Shown: in pieces, positions 21,521 to 31,014 of the stretch
How positions within the stretch are numbered: position 1 is the first letter of the stretch
How the letters are laid out: each line of letters opens with the position of its first letter
Assembly: GCA_963716725.1 (NCBI GenBank)
Contig: CAVQUB010000021.1
Coordinates: forward strand, 288,001-352,000
Direction of reading: 5' to 3'
Source: an uncultured delta proteobacterium
Lineage (GTDB): Bacteria; Myxococcota_A; Polyangia; Polyangiales; Polyangiaceae
DNA length: 64,000 nucleotides
Notes under the pieces: generated by a model
The model's input: the letters and a program-made list of their open reading frames with translations, nothing else
Told to the model about the DNA's origin: nothing
Database searches by the model: none
Position numbers and translations under genes: made by a program

Positions 21521-23884
21521 TCACTTGTATCCGCCGCCGCCAGCGAGGGGGTCGCTGCCGAATGGCTTGAATCCGGTGTTCTGGCGGGCGTAGTACTGGC
21601 CGCCGACGTCGATGGCGCGGATCAGCTTGGCGCGCTCGTCGCGGGTCAGGGTCACGCCCTTGTCTTCGGGGTGGAGCGTGCGCGTCCCGCCCTTGATGCC
21701 GGGGTCACTGAACGCCTCACCCAGCTTCCAAGCGGTCTTGTTCGGGTCCGTCGCCGAGACCATGTTGATCTTCTCGATCATCGCGCTGTTGCGGGCGTCG
21801 CTCGGCACGGCCCAGGCCGGCGGAATGGTGCCCGTGATTTGCATCTCGAGCTCGGTGCCCACCTCCATGCCCGCGGGGTAGAAGAGCGACACGTAGCTCG
21901 CCGGGTAGCTGGCGACCTTGTTGTCGTACATCACCGTGATGGGCGTCGTGCTCAGATCGAGGCGCGGGATCTGGTACAGCGTTGTCTCGCCCGTGAGCGG
22001 GTTGTTCATCGTCACGGTGTAGTACTCGGTCGTGCCCGAGTTGTGACAAGACACGCACTTGTCGTCGAGCACCTTCTGAATCTCATTGCCCTCGAAGCCG
22101 GCGTCCGCCTTGTACCAGGGGAACTCGGTGCGCTGGGCGATGGGCTTGTTGAAGTTCATCGGGTGGTCAGCCTTGGTCGGATCACCCTTGCCGGCGGCAG
22201 TGGTGAGCGCCTGCGACCCCGGCATCACCGGGCTCTTGCGGCTCTCGTGGCAACCGCCACACACCCGGTCTTCGCCTGGCATGCCTTGGATCCACAGCGT
22301 CTGGTTGCGGATGGCGAGTTCGAACTCGTCGACGGCCTGGAGATGCACCGGCACGTAGGGCGGAATGGCAGCGAGCCAAGAACCGTCGTCGTAGACCTCT
22401 GCTTCGCCGAGCACGGCCGCGCCTTCGGACATCGTGATTCCGAACATCGTCACGCCCGGAGCGCCTTCGCTGGAGAAGCCCTCGATGATGCGCACCTTCT
22501 TGGCGTGCTTGAGCGCCTCGTCCATCGGCGTGCTCTTGGTGAACTGGGCGCCCGACACGCTGTCGCCGTGCACCGCGGCAAGCGACGTCTGCTTGATGTC
22601 GATGGATCCGAGGACCGCCGGCACGGTCGAGTCCGGGGTGTCTTGGATGGATCCGATGATGGGCGGAGTGGTCCGCTTGACCACCGCCTTGGCGTAGATC
22701 TCCCAGGTTCCTTCGTAGTTCTTCACCAGCTGGTTGGTGCGGGTCTTCGGGTCATAGATGTACACGCCGAAGTCCGGCGGCGTCTGCGACAGCTCGTTCA
22801 GCTCGTTGACGAAGCCCTTGGCCCAACCCGTGAGAATGCGGCCGTCAGGCAGCACCGTGGGAGAGCGATAGCGACCAACGGGAGACGGTGCACGGTCCCG
22901 CGGAACGGCCTCGGAGAGCACCGTGTAGACCGGCTCCTCCTCGTAGAAGGCGGCGGGGTTGTCGGGGTTGCGTGCGTCAATCTGGACCAACGCTCCGGCG
23001 TGGTTGGGTTGCTGGCGGTCGGCGGCGACGGCCACGAACACGTTGGCGACGTTGGTCTCGATGCCCTGAACCAGCGAGTTCGACGGCTTGCCGTGTTGAC
23101 CACTGACCGCCGTCATCTGCGTGCAGTCGGGGTTCGAGGCAAAGAGCTTCGAATCGTTGACGTTCTCGAGGTGCTCCCAGCGGGTGAAACCGACGCGACC
23201 ATCTTGCATCGCGAAGGGGTTGACTGTGTGCGACAGGTTTTGCGAGCAGAGCTTGCGATCCGCGTCACCACCCGTGACCGAGACGAAGGCGAGCTGCGAG
23301 ACTTCACGGCTGTGGTTGTACTCGTCTGCGCGAGTCCCCATCTCGGTGTAGCCCTGGTTGGTCACGAAGGCGATCTTGTCGCCGGGGATCCACGCAGGCT
23401 GGATGTCGTCGTGGTCGCCGAAAGTGAGCTGGTGGATCTCGAACTTGCCGTCGTCCCCGGGCTGCAGACTGGCCCAGTACAGGTGGTACGAGTCGCTGCC
23501 GTTCTGCTTCATCGAAAACACGACCTTCGTGCCCTCGAAGTTCAGGTCGAGACCGGAGATGTCCGCGGTCTTGAAGTCCGAGATGATGTTCTCGGCGTTG
23601 CCCGTGGACAGATTGAAGATCTCGAGGCGCCCGCCCGGAACGAAGCGGTCGTAGTTCAGGACCTGCCCTTCGCCGTCCGCGACGTGCACGTTGTAGGTGC
23701 CGTCCTCGTTCATCGATGTCGTCTGCCGCACTGCGTAGACGAGCTGCTTCACATTCTTGATTGCGGGGCCCTCGGACTCCTCGCCCTTGTCGCTGGCGCA
23801 GCTCGACGCGGTCAAACCGAGAGCTACCAGGAAGGGGAGAGCGAGAGCGCGAACTAGGCGACGGCGCGAAGAGGTCTGTGCCAT
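21521..23884 (-). CDS. Hydrazine synthase alpha (HzsA)-like lipoprotein: TolB-like propeller plus two c-type haem motifs
   Basis: Lipobox ASSC; PD40-like repeats (DIQPAWIPGDKIAF, DGRVGFTRWEH); LGEAEVYDDGSW..IPPYVPVHLQAVD; CGGCH and CVSCH; GGAGG RBS. Confidence 0.75.
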   Translation of the reverse strand: MAQTSSRRRLVRALALPFLVALGLTASSCASDKGEESEGPAIKNVKQLVYAVRQTTSMNEDGTYNVHVADGEGQVLNYDRFVPGGRLEIFNLSTGNAENIISDFKTADISGLDLNFEGTKVVFSMKQNGSDSYHLYWASLQPGDDGKFEIHQLTFGDHDDIQPAWIPGDKIAFVTNQGYTEMGTRADEYNHSREVSQLAFVSVTGGDADRKLCSQNLSHTVNPFAMQDGRVGFTRWEHLENVNDSKLFASNPDCTQMTAVSGQHGKPSNSLVQGIETNVANVFVAVAADRQQPNHAGALVQIDARNPDNPAAFYEEEPVYTVLSEAVPRDRAPSPVGRYRSPTVLPDGRILTGWAKGFVNELNELSQTPPDFGVYIYDPKTRTNQLVKNYEGTWEIYAKAVVKRTTPPIIGSIQDTPDSTVPAVLGSIDIKQTSLAAVHGDSVSGAQFTKSTPMDEALKHAKKVRIIEGFSSEGAPGVTMFGITMSEGAAVLGEAEVYDDGSWLAAIPPYVPVHLQAVDEFELAIRNQTLWIQGMPGEDRVCGGCHESRKSPVMPGSQALTTAAGKGDPTKADHPMNFNKPIAQRTEFPWYKADAGFEGNEIQKVLDDKCVSCHNSGTTEYYTVTMNNPLTGETTLYQIPRLDLSTTPITVMYDNKVASYPASYVSLFYPAGMEVGTELEMQITGTIPPAWAVPSDARNSAMIEKINMVSATDPNKTAWKLGEAFSDPGIKGGTRTLHPEDKGVTLTRDERAKLIRAIDVGGQYYARQNTGFKPFGSDPLAGGGGYK

Positions 23885-23922
23885 TGGTTTCCTCCGAGGG
23901 GGGTTGCCCCGTAGCTTCCAAA

Positions 23923-23938
23923 AGCAGAATCCAGGCCA
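23923..23938 (-). promoter_or_regulatory. Putative sigma54 (-24/-12) promoter of the HzsA-like operon
   Basis: Minus strand TGGCCTGGATTCTGCT, with GG and GC at canonical spacing, ~40 nt upstream of ATG. Confidence 0.5.
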
Positions 23939-24065
23939 ACCAGAAAACCCTGAGATCTGCGGTAGGTTCGCGGCCCACCGAGGGTGCCTGCCCCCACCGG
24001 GGTGGCCGGGCGCGGGGGCCGCTCCCCCCTGGCCCCCACCGGTGCGGGCCTCGTAGAGTGCCCCG

Positions 24066-24729
24066 GTGAACCTCCAGTGGGACGAGCGCGGGTTGATTGT
24101 GGCGGTGGCCCAAGACCGGCTGACAGGTGAAGTGCGCATGGTCGCGTGGATGAACGAGGCTTCCCTCGCAGCGACCCGCGAGACGGGCTTCGCTACCTTC
24201 TTCAGCCGATCGCGGGGCGAGCTCTGGCAGAAAGGAGCGACCAGCGGCAATCGCCTCCGAGTCCTCTCGGTCACTGCGGACTGCGATGGCGACACCCTGC
24301 TCTTGGCTGTCGACCCCGAAGGACCCTCGTGCCACACCGGCCGTTCGAGCTGTTTCTTCCAACCGCTCGACGAGGCCTCGCGCGAACTCCCACCCATCTT
24401 GGTCGATTCTCGAATCCGCGATCGCCGCACGGGCGAGCAGTACGGCCAGCGAGAGCTACACCCGGTCGCTACTCGACGGGGGTGCTCCACAGATCGGCGC
24501 CAAGCTCACGGAAGAAGCCGCAGAGTTGGCGGCCGCGATCGCCAGCGAGTCCGACGAGCGAGTCATCGCGGAGAGCGCGGACGTCCTCTTTCACTTGCTG
24601 GTGGGACTGCGGTCCAGACAGGTAGCGCTTCGCGAAGTACTTCATGAGCTCGCGCGCCGGGTCGGCACGAGCGGGCACGCGGAGAAGCGGTCGCGTGGGC
24701 CCGGGGGCGGCGGCCCGCAGCAGGTTTGA
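24066..24729 (+). CDS. hisIE: Bifunctional phosphoribosyl-AMP cyclohydrolase / phosphoribosyl-ATP diphosphatase, split by a frameshift at ~24401-24405
   Basis: FFSRSRGELWQKGATSGN, DCDGD, CHTG in one frame; SYTRSL, KLTEEAAE, ESADVLFHL in the next. Confidence 0.9.
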
Positions 24730-24816
24730 CCCTGCTCCAAGTGGCCGATATTGTGGGCCACTCGCGTAAACGCTGCCGGTCATCTCGGCCGGACCCCTCC
24801 CCGCGGAAAGCTCGAA

Positions 24817-26898
24817 ATGAAGGTATTGGTCTTCGAAGCGGACGCACAATTCGCGGCGCTCATCCAAGGCGGTCTCGCTGCTCTGGGCTGCGAGACGACG
24901 ATCGTCGATGAAGCGAACGTGGGATTGCAGGAGGCGGCTTCGAACAAGCCCGATCTGATCCTGCTCTCGATCGAGCTTCCGAAGATGAACGGGTTCTCGG
25001 TCTGCAACAAGCTCAAGCGTGACCCCTCGCTCAAGGACGTTCCGCTGATCATCATGAGCAGCGACTCGACGGAAGAGACCTTCGAGCAGCACCGGCGCCT
25101 GCGCACGCGCGCCGAGGACTACGTGCACAAGCCCATCGACTTCGTGGACTTGATGGGCCATGCGAGAGCGTTCGTCGCGCTACCGGACAGCGGCGGGATG
25201 ACCGACCCGCCGCCAAGCGACGACATCGTCATCGACGACGAAATCGTGCTCGACGACGCGCAGCCGCTCGCTGAAGACGCCGGCGCGGAAGGCTCGCTCG
25301 ACGACGTATTCGACTCGCTGCAGCAGAAGCCGAGCGAGCCCACACCCGCACCCACACCCGAGCCTGAGCCCGCACCCGAGCCCGCACCCGAGCCCGCGCA
25401 AGAGGCCGCGCCGCCACCGCCCCCGGTGGCATCGGTACCGCCACGGGCGTCCGCAGAGCCGGCCCTGCAGGCGGAAGTCGACAAGCTCCGCGCCCGCAAC
25501 GCCGAGCTCGAGACCGACCTCGACGCCTTCAGGCAGAAAATAGCCGGCCTCGAAGACGGCGCCAGCCGGGAGGCGAGCAAAGACGCCGAAGTCCAGAAGC
25601 TCAAGCGCGAGCTCGACGACACCAAGGCCAAGCTGGCCTCGTCGAGCAAAGGTGGCGGCAGCTCGGCCCGCGAGTTCCTGGACTTGCGCGAGCAGCTCAA
25701 CAAGAAGGACAAAGAGCTGCTGGACCTGCGCGAGCAGGCCACCGGCAAAGACAAGGAGCTGCTCGGGCTCCGCGACTCGGCGCTGAAGCTCGACCGCGAC
25801 AAAGCGGATCTCAACGACCGGATCGCCGAGCTCGAGTCGCAGCTGTCCGACGCGCAGAAGAACCTGGACGTAACCCGCGCCGACAAGGAACAAGCCAGCA
25901 AGCGCGCGGACGACTTCAAGCGCAAGAGCGAGAAGCTGACCGGCGATCTGGAAGCCAAGAGCAGAGAGCTCGACGACGAAAAAGAAGCCAACGTCCGCGA
26001 GTTCGCAACGCGAGACGCGAAAGAGGCTTCTCTGCGGGTCGAGCACCAGGAGCAGCTCGAAGCGGCGGAGGAGAAACGCAAGGCGGACGTCGCCGCGGCA
26101 GAGGAGCAAGGCCGGACGAACCTCGCGGAGGCGGTCGAGCAGGCCCGGAGCGAGGCGGCGGACGCAGAGGCCGCTGCCCTCGAAGCGGCCGCCCAGGCAG
26201 CGGAGCGCGCCAAGGCGGAGGCCATCACCCAACGCGAGAGCGAGCTGAAGAAGGAATACGACTCGAAGATGGCCGCACTGCATCGCGCCAACGAAGACGC
26301 GATGAACAAGCTCAAGGCCGAGCACGCCCAGGCGATGGAGGACGCAAACGCGGCTTCCAAGCTGCGCCTCGCCGATCGCGAGTCCGAGCTCGCTGCCGCT
26401 CGCGCACAGTCGGAGGCCGAGCTCACCGCCGCCCACGACGGCACGAAGGCCGAGCTCGGCGAGACGCGGGAGAAGCTCCGGGCGGTCGAGCAGGCCAAGG
26501 AGGAGAGCGAGGCCGCCCGCGACGCGCAGATCGCGTCCCTGAAGGGCGATCTCCAGGAGCGGACAGAGGAACGCGACGCGGCCAACGGGACCATCCGCGA
26601 TCGCGACGCCAAGATCGCCGAGCTCGAGAGCGCGCTCGCGACGGAGAAGACCGAGCTGGCGTCCGCCCGCGAGACCATCCAGACGCGTGACGGGCGAGTC
26701 TTCCAGCTCGAGGCCGAGTTGGCCGCGACCCGGGGCGATCTGGACACGACCAGCGCCAACCTGGCCGCGGAGGCCAACCGCTTGACCAAGGCCCGCGCGA
26801 AGTGGGGCGAGGACAAGGGGGCGCTCGAACGAGCCAAGGACGCCTTGGCGGCGGCTCTCTCGCAGATCGAGGACGCTGAAAACCGGCCCTTCGACTGA
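24817..26898 (+). CDS. Atypical response regulator with long coiled coil (FrzS/AglZ family)
   Basis: Receiver PDLILLSIEL lacks the phospho-Asp; FEQHRRLRTRAEDYVHKP resembles FrzS; PE-rich linker then ~470 aa heptad region. Confidence 0.8.
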   Translation: MKVLVFEADAQFAALIQGGLAALGCETTIVDEANVGLQEAASNKPDLILLSIELPKMNGFSVCNKLKRDPSLKDVPLIIMSSDSTEETFEQHRRLRTRAEDYVHKPIDFVDLMGHARAFVALPDSGGMTDPPPSDDIVIDDEIVLDDAQPLAEDAGAEGSLDDVFDSLQQKPSEPTPAPTPEPEPAPEPAPEPAQEAAPPPPPVASVPPRASAEPALQAEVDKLRARNAELETDLDAFRQKIAGLEDGASREASKDAEVQKLKRELDDTKAKLASSSKGGGSSAREFLDLREQLNKKDKELLDLREQATGKDKELLGLRDSALKLDRDKADLNDRIAELESQLSDAQKNLDVTRADKEQASKRADDFKRKSEKLTGDLEAKSRELDDEKEANVREFATRDAKEASLRVEHQEQLEAAEEKRKADVAAAEEQGRTNLAEAVEQARSEAADAEAAALEAAAQAAERAKAEAITQRESELKKEYDSKMAALHRANEDAMNKLKAEHAQAMEDANAASKLRLADRESELAAARAQSEAELTAAHDGTKAELGETREKLRAVEQAKEESEAARDAQIASLKGDLQERTEERDAANGTIRDRDAKIAELESALATEKTELASARETIQTRDGRVFQLEAELAATRGDLDTTSANLAAEANRLTKARAKWGEDKGALERAKDALAAALSQIEDAENRPFD

Positions 26899-26913
26899 GA
26901 AGCTATTTGGCGG

Positions 26914-26987
26914 CACGCCCGGAGGGACTCGAACCCCCGACCACTAGATTAGAAATCCAGCGCTCTATCCAGCTGAGCTACGGGCGC
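26914..26987 (-). tRNA. tRNA-Arg(TCT)
   Basis: GCGCCCG/CGGGCGT acceptor stem, D arm AGCTCAGCTGGATAGAGC, anticodon stem CTGGA-TTTCTAA-TCTAG, GGTTCGAGTCC T arm. Confidence 0.95.
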
Positions 26988-27037
26988 AGGCTGGCTTCAC
27001 CTGTCACATTCGGGCGGATTTTTCAAAGGGAAGCGCG

Positions 27038-27316
27038 ATGATCGATGACAGAAGGGCGATCTTGGCGCGTCGAGCGAGCTTCGTTGCGGCCGCCATCGCG
27101 AGCGCCGGGGTGGGCGGCGCGACCTCGGCCTGCGCGAGACCCGCGGTATGCCTCGAGCCTCCCCCGACTCGAATCGAGGTGATCGTGCCCGAGGCGGACG
27201 CGGGTCCGGCGGACGAACCAGCTGATGGAGAGCTGCCGGAGCGGAGCCCCGGCCCTCAGGCGCCCGCTCCAGTGCCCACCGAGCCCTCGCCGCGGATCTG
27301 CTTGAGCGAGCTTTGA
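27038..27316 (+). CDS. Small hypothetical (lipo)protein with two PxxCL motifs
   Basis: ILARRASFVAAAIAS leader, TSAC, PAVCLEPPP and terminal PRICLSEL. Confidence 0.6.
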   Translation: MIDDRRAILARRASFVAAAIASAGVGGATSACARPAVCLEPPPTRIEVIVPEADAGPADEPADGELPERSPGPQAPAPVPTEPSPRICLSEL

Positions 27317-27359
27317 CGCCGCGCGCCTCGGCCACACCCTGCTAGCGTCTCCCAGCCAG

Positions 27360-28565
27360 GTGCCGCGTTATCGCTGGGTCGTTTGGATCCTGAGCTGGAT
27401 CGCCTACGCCTCGTACTACACGGGACGCAAGGGCCTCAGTGTCTCCAAGACGTCGCTTCACGATCGCCTCGGCGTGTCCGAGGGCGCGCTCGGCGCCATC
27501 GATACTGCCTATCTCGCGGCCTACTCCGCCGGACAGTTCGTCAGCGGGTTTGCCGGTGATCGCATCGGCTCGCGACGTCTCGTGGGCGCCGGCATGCTCG
27601 CGTCGGCGATTGCATGCGCTGCGTTTGGAGCTTCCAGCACGGCCCTCCTGTTCGGGGTGTTCTTCTGCTTGAACGGGCTCGCCCAATCCACTGGCTGGCC
27701 GGGTACGACCCGATCGATGGCGGAGTGGACCACCCGCGAGAACCGCGGCTCGGTCATGGCCTTCTGGGCCACCTGCTACCAGGTCGGCGGGGTCCTCGCG
27801 ACAGGACTCGCGGCATTCCTTCTGGGCCGATACGGCTGGCGGGCCGCGTTCTTCGGTCCCGCGCTGTGGCTCGCAGTCGTGGGCGTGGCGGTCTGGCTGT
27901 GGCTCGCTCCGGGACCCGCGGTGGCCTCCGCCGGCGAGACAGCAACGCGGGAGAGGCGAGCAGCCCAGCGTGCCGTGCTGAGAAACCCCGTGCTCTGGTG
28001 CTATGGCGCGAGCTACTGCACCATCAAATTCATTCGCTACGCGCTGCTGTTCTGGCTCCCGTACTTTCTGGCCAAGAAGCGCGGCTATGGCGAAGAACAG
28101 GCGGGCTACGTGTCCACCGCGTTCGAGGTCGGGGGCGTGGTTGGGGTGATCACGCTGGGGATCGCTTCGGATCGGCTCAAACGCTACTCGCGTTCGCTAC
28201 TGTCCGCCGTGGGACTGGTGACGCTGACGCTCGCGCTCTTGTCGTACTCGCGAATCGACTCGAGCTCGACCTGGACCAACGTCATCGGCCTCGCGCTGAT
28301 CGGTGCGGCGTTGTTCGGACCTGACGCGTTACTGTCGGGCGCCGCGTCGCAAGACGCCGGGGGCCCCCACGCCGCGGCCACGGCCGCGGGGTTCGTCAAC
28401 GGCATGGGCTCCGTGGGTGCGGTGCTCGAAGGCATAGTCGTGCCGGCCATCAGCAAGCGCTACGGATGGGAAGCCGTATTCCACCTGTTCATCGCCCTCG
28501 CCCTGCTCGGAGCGCTCCTCTTGGTCCCGACCTTCAAGTCCGCACCCTCTCCCAGGGCCGGGTGA
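27360..28565 (+). CDS. MFS transporter (GlpT/UhpC organophosphate antiporter-like)
   Basis: YYTGRK, GDRIGSRR, QSTGWPG, NRGSVMAFW, about 12 TM segments. Confidence 0.88.
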   Translation: MPRYRWVVWILSWIAYASYYTGRKGLSVSKTSLHDRLGVSEGALGAIDTAYLAAYSAGQFVSGFAGDRIGSRRLVGAGMLASAIACAAFGASSTALLFGVFFCLNGLAQSTGWPGTTRSMAEWTTRENRGSVMAFWATCYQVGGVLATGLAAFLLGRYGWRAAFFGPALWLAVVGVAVWLWLAPGPAVASAGETATRERRAAQRAVLRNPVLWCYGASYCTIKFIRYALLFWLPYFLAKKRGYGEEQAGYVSTAFEVGGVVGVITLGIASDRLKRYSRSLLSAVGLVTLTLALLSYSRIDSSSTWTNVIGLALIGAALFGPDALLSGAASQDAGGPHAAATAAGFVNGMGSVGAVLEGIVVPAISKRYGWEAVFHLFIALALLGALLLVPTFKSAPSPRAG

Positions 28566-28568
28566 GCT

Positions 28569-29297
28569 TCATCTCTCGAATCGCTGCCAATCGCTGCCAA
28601 TGAGGCGTTCGTGGGGCAAAAACCGCGCTTTGTAGCGCATGCGATCGCAGTCGCCGATGTAGAGGCCCAGGTAGAGATATTCGAGTCCCCAGCTCAGACA
28701 CAGCTCGATTTGCTTCATGATCGAGAACGTCCCGATGCCGAGTTTGTCGTGGGCGGGGTCGTAGTAGCAGTACACGGCGGACAGCGACGCCTCGGCCCGG
28801 TCGGTCACCGCCACGCCGATCAACGATTCTCCCAGGTAGTAGCGCAGCTCGAACGACTCGCAGCACGAAGCGACCAAGAAGTCCGTGTAGTCAGCCGCTT
28901 CGATCTGCCGCGCGTCGTCGATGAGCCCGCGCCCGAGCTTGTGCTGATTGTAGAGGTCGACCCGAGTGGGATCGGTGATCGCTGGTCCGATCTCGACGCG
29001 CAACGCGGCTGCGGCACGCTTCACGCCGCGTCGCAGCGAGCGACTCGGGAGGATCTCACGCACCGGGATTCGGATCGGCTCGCAGGCTCGACATTCCGGG
29101 CACTGGGGCCGGTACAGCACCAATCCTTGGCGACGATCGCCAGAGTGGAGGCGAACGTCGAGCTCGGCGCGACTCAGCTCACGAATGGGCAGCCGCAACG
29201 GCAACCGCGCCGTGCGTTCCGGCAGGTAGGGGCAACGGCTCGGCTTGTCGAGGACCAGGAGCTCCGGCGGCTCACCTGGGATGAGCGGAATGCTCAT
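28569..29297 (-). CDS. Aminoacyl-tRNA-protein transferase (Bpt / ATE-like)
   Basis: CPYLP, YRPQCPECRAC, SAVYCYYDP, YLYLGLYI..C..MRYK. Confidence 0.88.
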   Translation of the reverse strand: MSIPLIPGEPPELLVLDKPSRCPYLPERTARLPLRLPIRELSRAELDVRLHSGDRRQGLVLYRPQCPECRACEPIRIPVREILPSRSLRRGVKRAAAALRVEIGPAITDPTRVDLYNQHKLGRGLIDDARQIEAADYTDFLVASCCESFELRYYLGESLIGVAVTDRAEASLSAVYCYYDPAHDKLGIGTFSIMKQIELCLSWGLEYLYLGLYIGDCDRMRYKARFLPHERLIGSDWQRFER

Positions 29298-30625
29298 GCG
29301 ACCTTGGCGCGACGCGCCAAGCGGCCGGCTTGCTCCCGAGCAACGCGCACGACGCGATCGACCTCGAGCGTCGTGAGCTGCCCGTGATCGACCACCGCTC
29401 GACCTCCGACGAACACGTGCTCGACGTCGCGGGCCTGCGTGGCGTAGACGAGCGTGCCGACGGGATCGGGGGTGGGCACGCTGTGCGGCCCCTTGGTCCC
29501 GACGACGACGACGTCCGCGCTCTTCCCGAGCTCCAGCGACCCAATTTGGTGAGCGAGCCCGAGCACGCGCGCCCCGTCGATGGTCGCGAGCCGCAGCACT
29601 TGTCGCGCCGGCAGCGCCCCCGGCCCGGCGACCCCGCTCGACAGCAACGCCGCGTGGCGCATCTCGAGCCAAGGATCGAGGTTGTTGTTGCAGGGCGCGC
29701 CGTCGGCGCCAAGGCCGACGGTCAGGCCCGTGGCTCGCATCTTTGCCACCGCGGCGATGCCGCTACCCAGTTTCAGATTGGCGCTCGGGCAGTGAACCAC
29801 GCTGGTCTCGTCCTGCGCGAGCCGTCGCATCTGGGCGGAAGTCAGCTGAACGCCGTGGGCGATGGAGGCGCGCGGCCCGTAGAAGCCCCAGCGTCGCAAG
29901 ATCACGACGTCGTCAGCGCCGAGCGCGCTGCGGACCGCGAGCCGTTCTCCGGGGTGCTCGGCCGCGTGGGTGTGCATCACCGCGTGGGAGGCCCGTGCGC
30001 GCTCGCAGGCGCCTCGGATCAGCCGCTCGGAGCACGAAAGGATGAATCGAGGGATCCAAGCGTAGTGCACCCGCCCCGATTCGTGGCTGGACCAACGACG
30101 TTCCAGCCTTTCCCCGTCGTCGAGCGCGTGAGAAAGGCGCTCTTTCAACTGCCGCGGAACCCCGGCGCCAGAATCCATCAGGCTCTTGCCACCGACGACC
30201 CGGATCCCAGACCGGACGCAGGCGTCGAAGACCGCGTCGTGATGGTGCACAGTGCCGAGATCGAGCGCGGCGGTGGTTCCCGCGAGCAGCATCTCGGCCA
30301 GGCCGAGTTCGGCGCTGGCGCGAATGCTGACTTCGTCATGAGCGGCCTCCAGGGGCCAGATGCGCTTCCTCAGCCATTCGAGCAGCGGCAGGTCGTCGGC
30401 CATTCCGCGCATCAGGACCTGACACAGGTGGACGTGCGCCATGATCAGGCCGGGCAGCACGATGCAGTCGCGGGCATCGATGGTGCGCACCCCGTTCGGT
30501 GCGCGGACGCGCCCCAGCCCCGCGATACGTCCGTCGCGGATCAGCAGATCGCCGCGGATGACCCGGTCAGCGGCGTCGCAGGTGACCAAGGTCGCCCCGC
30601 GGATGAGCGTCGCGCTGACGGTCAT
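29294..30625 (-). CDS. Amidohydrolase, 5'-deoxyadenosine / MTA-SAH deaminase-like
   Basis: HVHLCQ..RG.ADDL.LL.WL..RIWPLEAAH, HAAE, HCPSANLKLGSG, GADG..CNN. Confidence 0.8.
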   Translation of the reverse strand: MTVSATLIRGATLVTCDAADRVIRGDLLIRDGRIAGLGRVRAPNGVRTIDARDCIVLPGLIMAHVHLCQVLMRGMADDLPLLEWLRKRIWPLEAAHDEVSIRASAELGLAEMLLAGTTAALDLGTVHHHDAVFDACVRSGIRVVGGKSLMDSGAGVPRQLKERLSHALDDGERLERRWSSHESGRVHYAWIPRFILSCSERLIRGACERARASHAVMHTHAAEHPGERLAVRSALGADDVVILRRWGFYGPRASIAHGVQLTSAQMRRLAQDETSVVHCPSANLKLGSGIAAVAKMRATGLTVGLGADGAPCNNNLDPWLEMRHAALLSSGVAGPGALPARQVLRLATIDGARVLGLAHQIGSLELGKSADVVVVGTKGPHSVPTPDPVGTLVYATQARDVEHVFVGGRAVVDHGQLTTLEVDRVVRVAREQAGRLARRAKVA

Positions 30626-31014
30626 CGGCGGAATACGAACGCCTCCGGCAAGAGCGCCGCGAGGGTGGTTTGACGGCGGTCCGTCGCGGTTGTGGAGACG
30701 ATGACGGCCGCGGGCCCGAACTCCTGGATCACTTGCCGGCAAATGCCGCAGGGCAAGGCCGGCGTTTCCGCTTCGGTGTGGACGGCGACGGCCAAGATCT
30801 CGGACTCGCCGGCCGCAACGGCGGCGCCGATGGCGTTGCGCTCCGCGCACACTGTGGCGCCGAAGCTGGCGTTCTCCACATTGCAGCCCACGTAGGCCTC
30901 TCCGCTCCCTGCTCGCACCGCGGCTCCAACCCGGAACTGCGAATAAGGCGCGTGAGCGTGCTGCCTCACCGCTCGGGCAAGCGCTTCGAGCCCGGGTAGA
31001 TCGAGGTCGGTCAT
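30622..31014 (-). CDS. cdd: Cytidine deaminase
   Basis: APYSQFRVGAA, GCNVEN, CAERNA, PCGICRQ. Confidence 0.93.
   Translation of the reverse strand: MTDLDLPGLEALARAVRQHAHAPYSQFRVGAAVRAGSGEAYVGCNVENASFGATVCAERNAIGAAVAAGESEILAVAVHTEAETPALPCGICRQVIQEFGPAAVIVSTTATDRRQTTLAALLPEAFVFRR

Noticed and set aside
21521..23884. Anammox hydrazine synthase
   Set aside because: No beta or gamma subunits or other anammox genes, and the context is myxobacterial.
25119..26916. Long antisense ORFs here and elsewhere (e.g. 21509-23857, 12939-14567, 3251-4618)
   Set aside because: Shadow frames of real genes in high-GC DNA; no motifs.
26914..29297. Functional link between tRNA-Arg and the ATE-like transferase
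   Set aside because: They are separated by two opposite-strand genes, and bacterial Bpt enzymes generally use Leu-tRNA.
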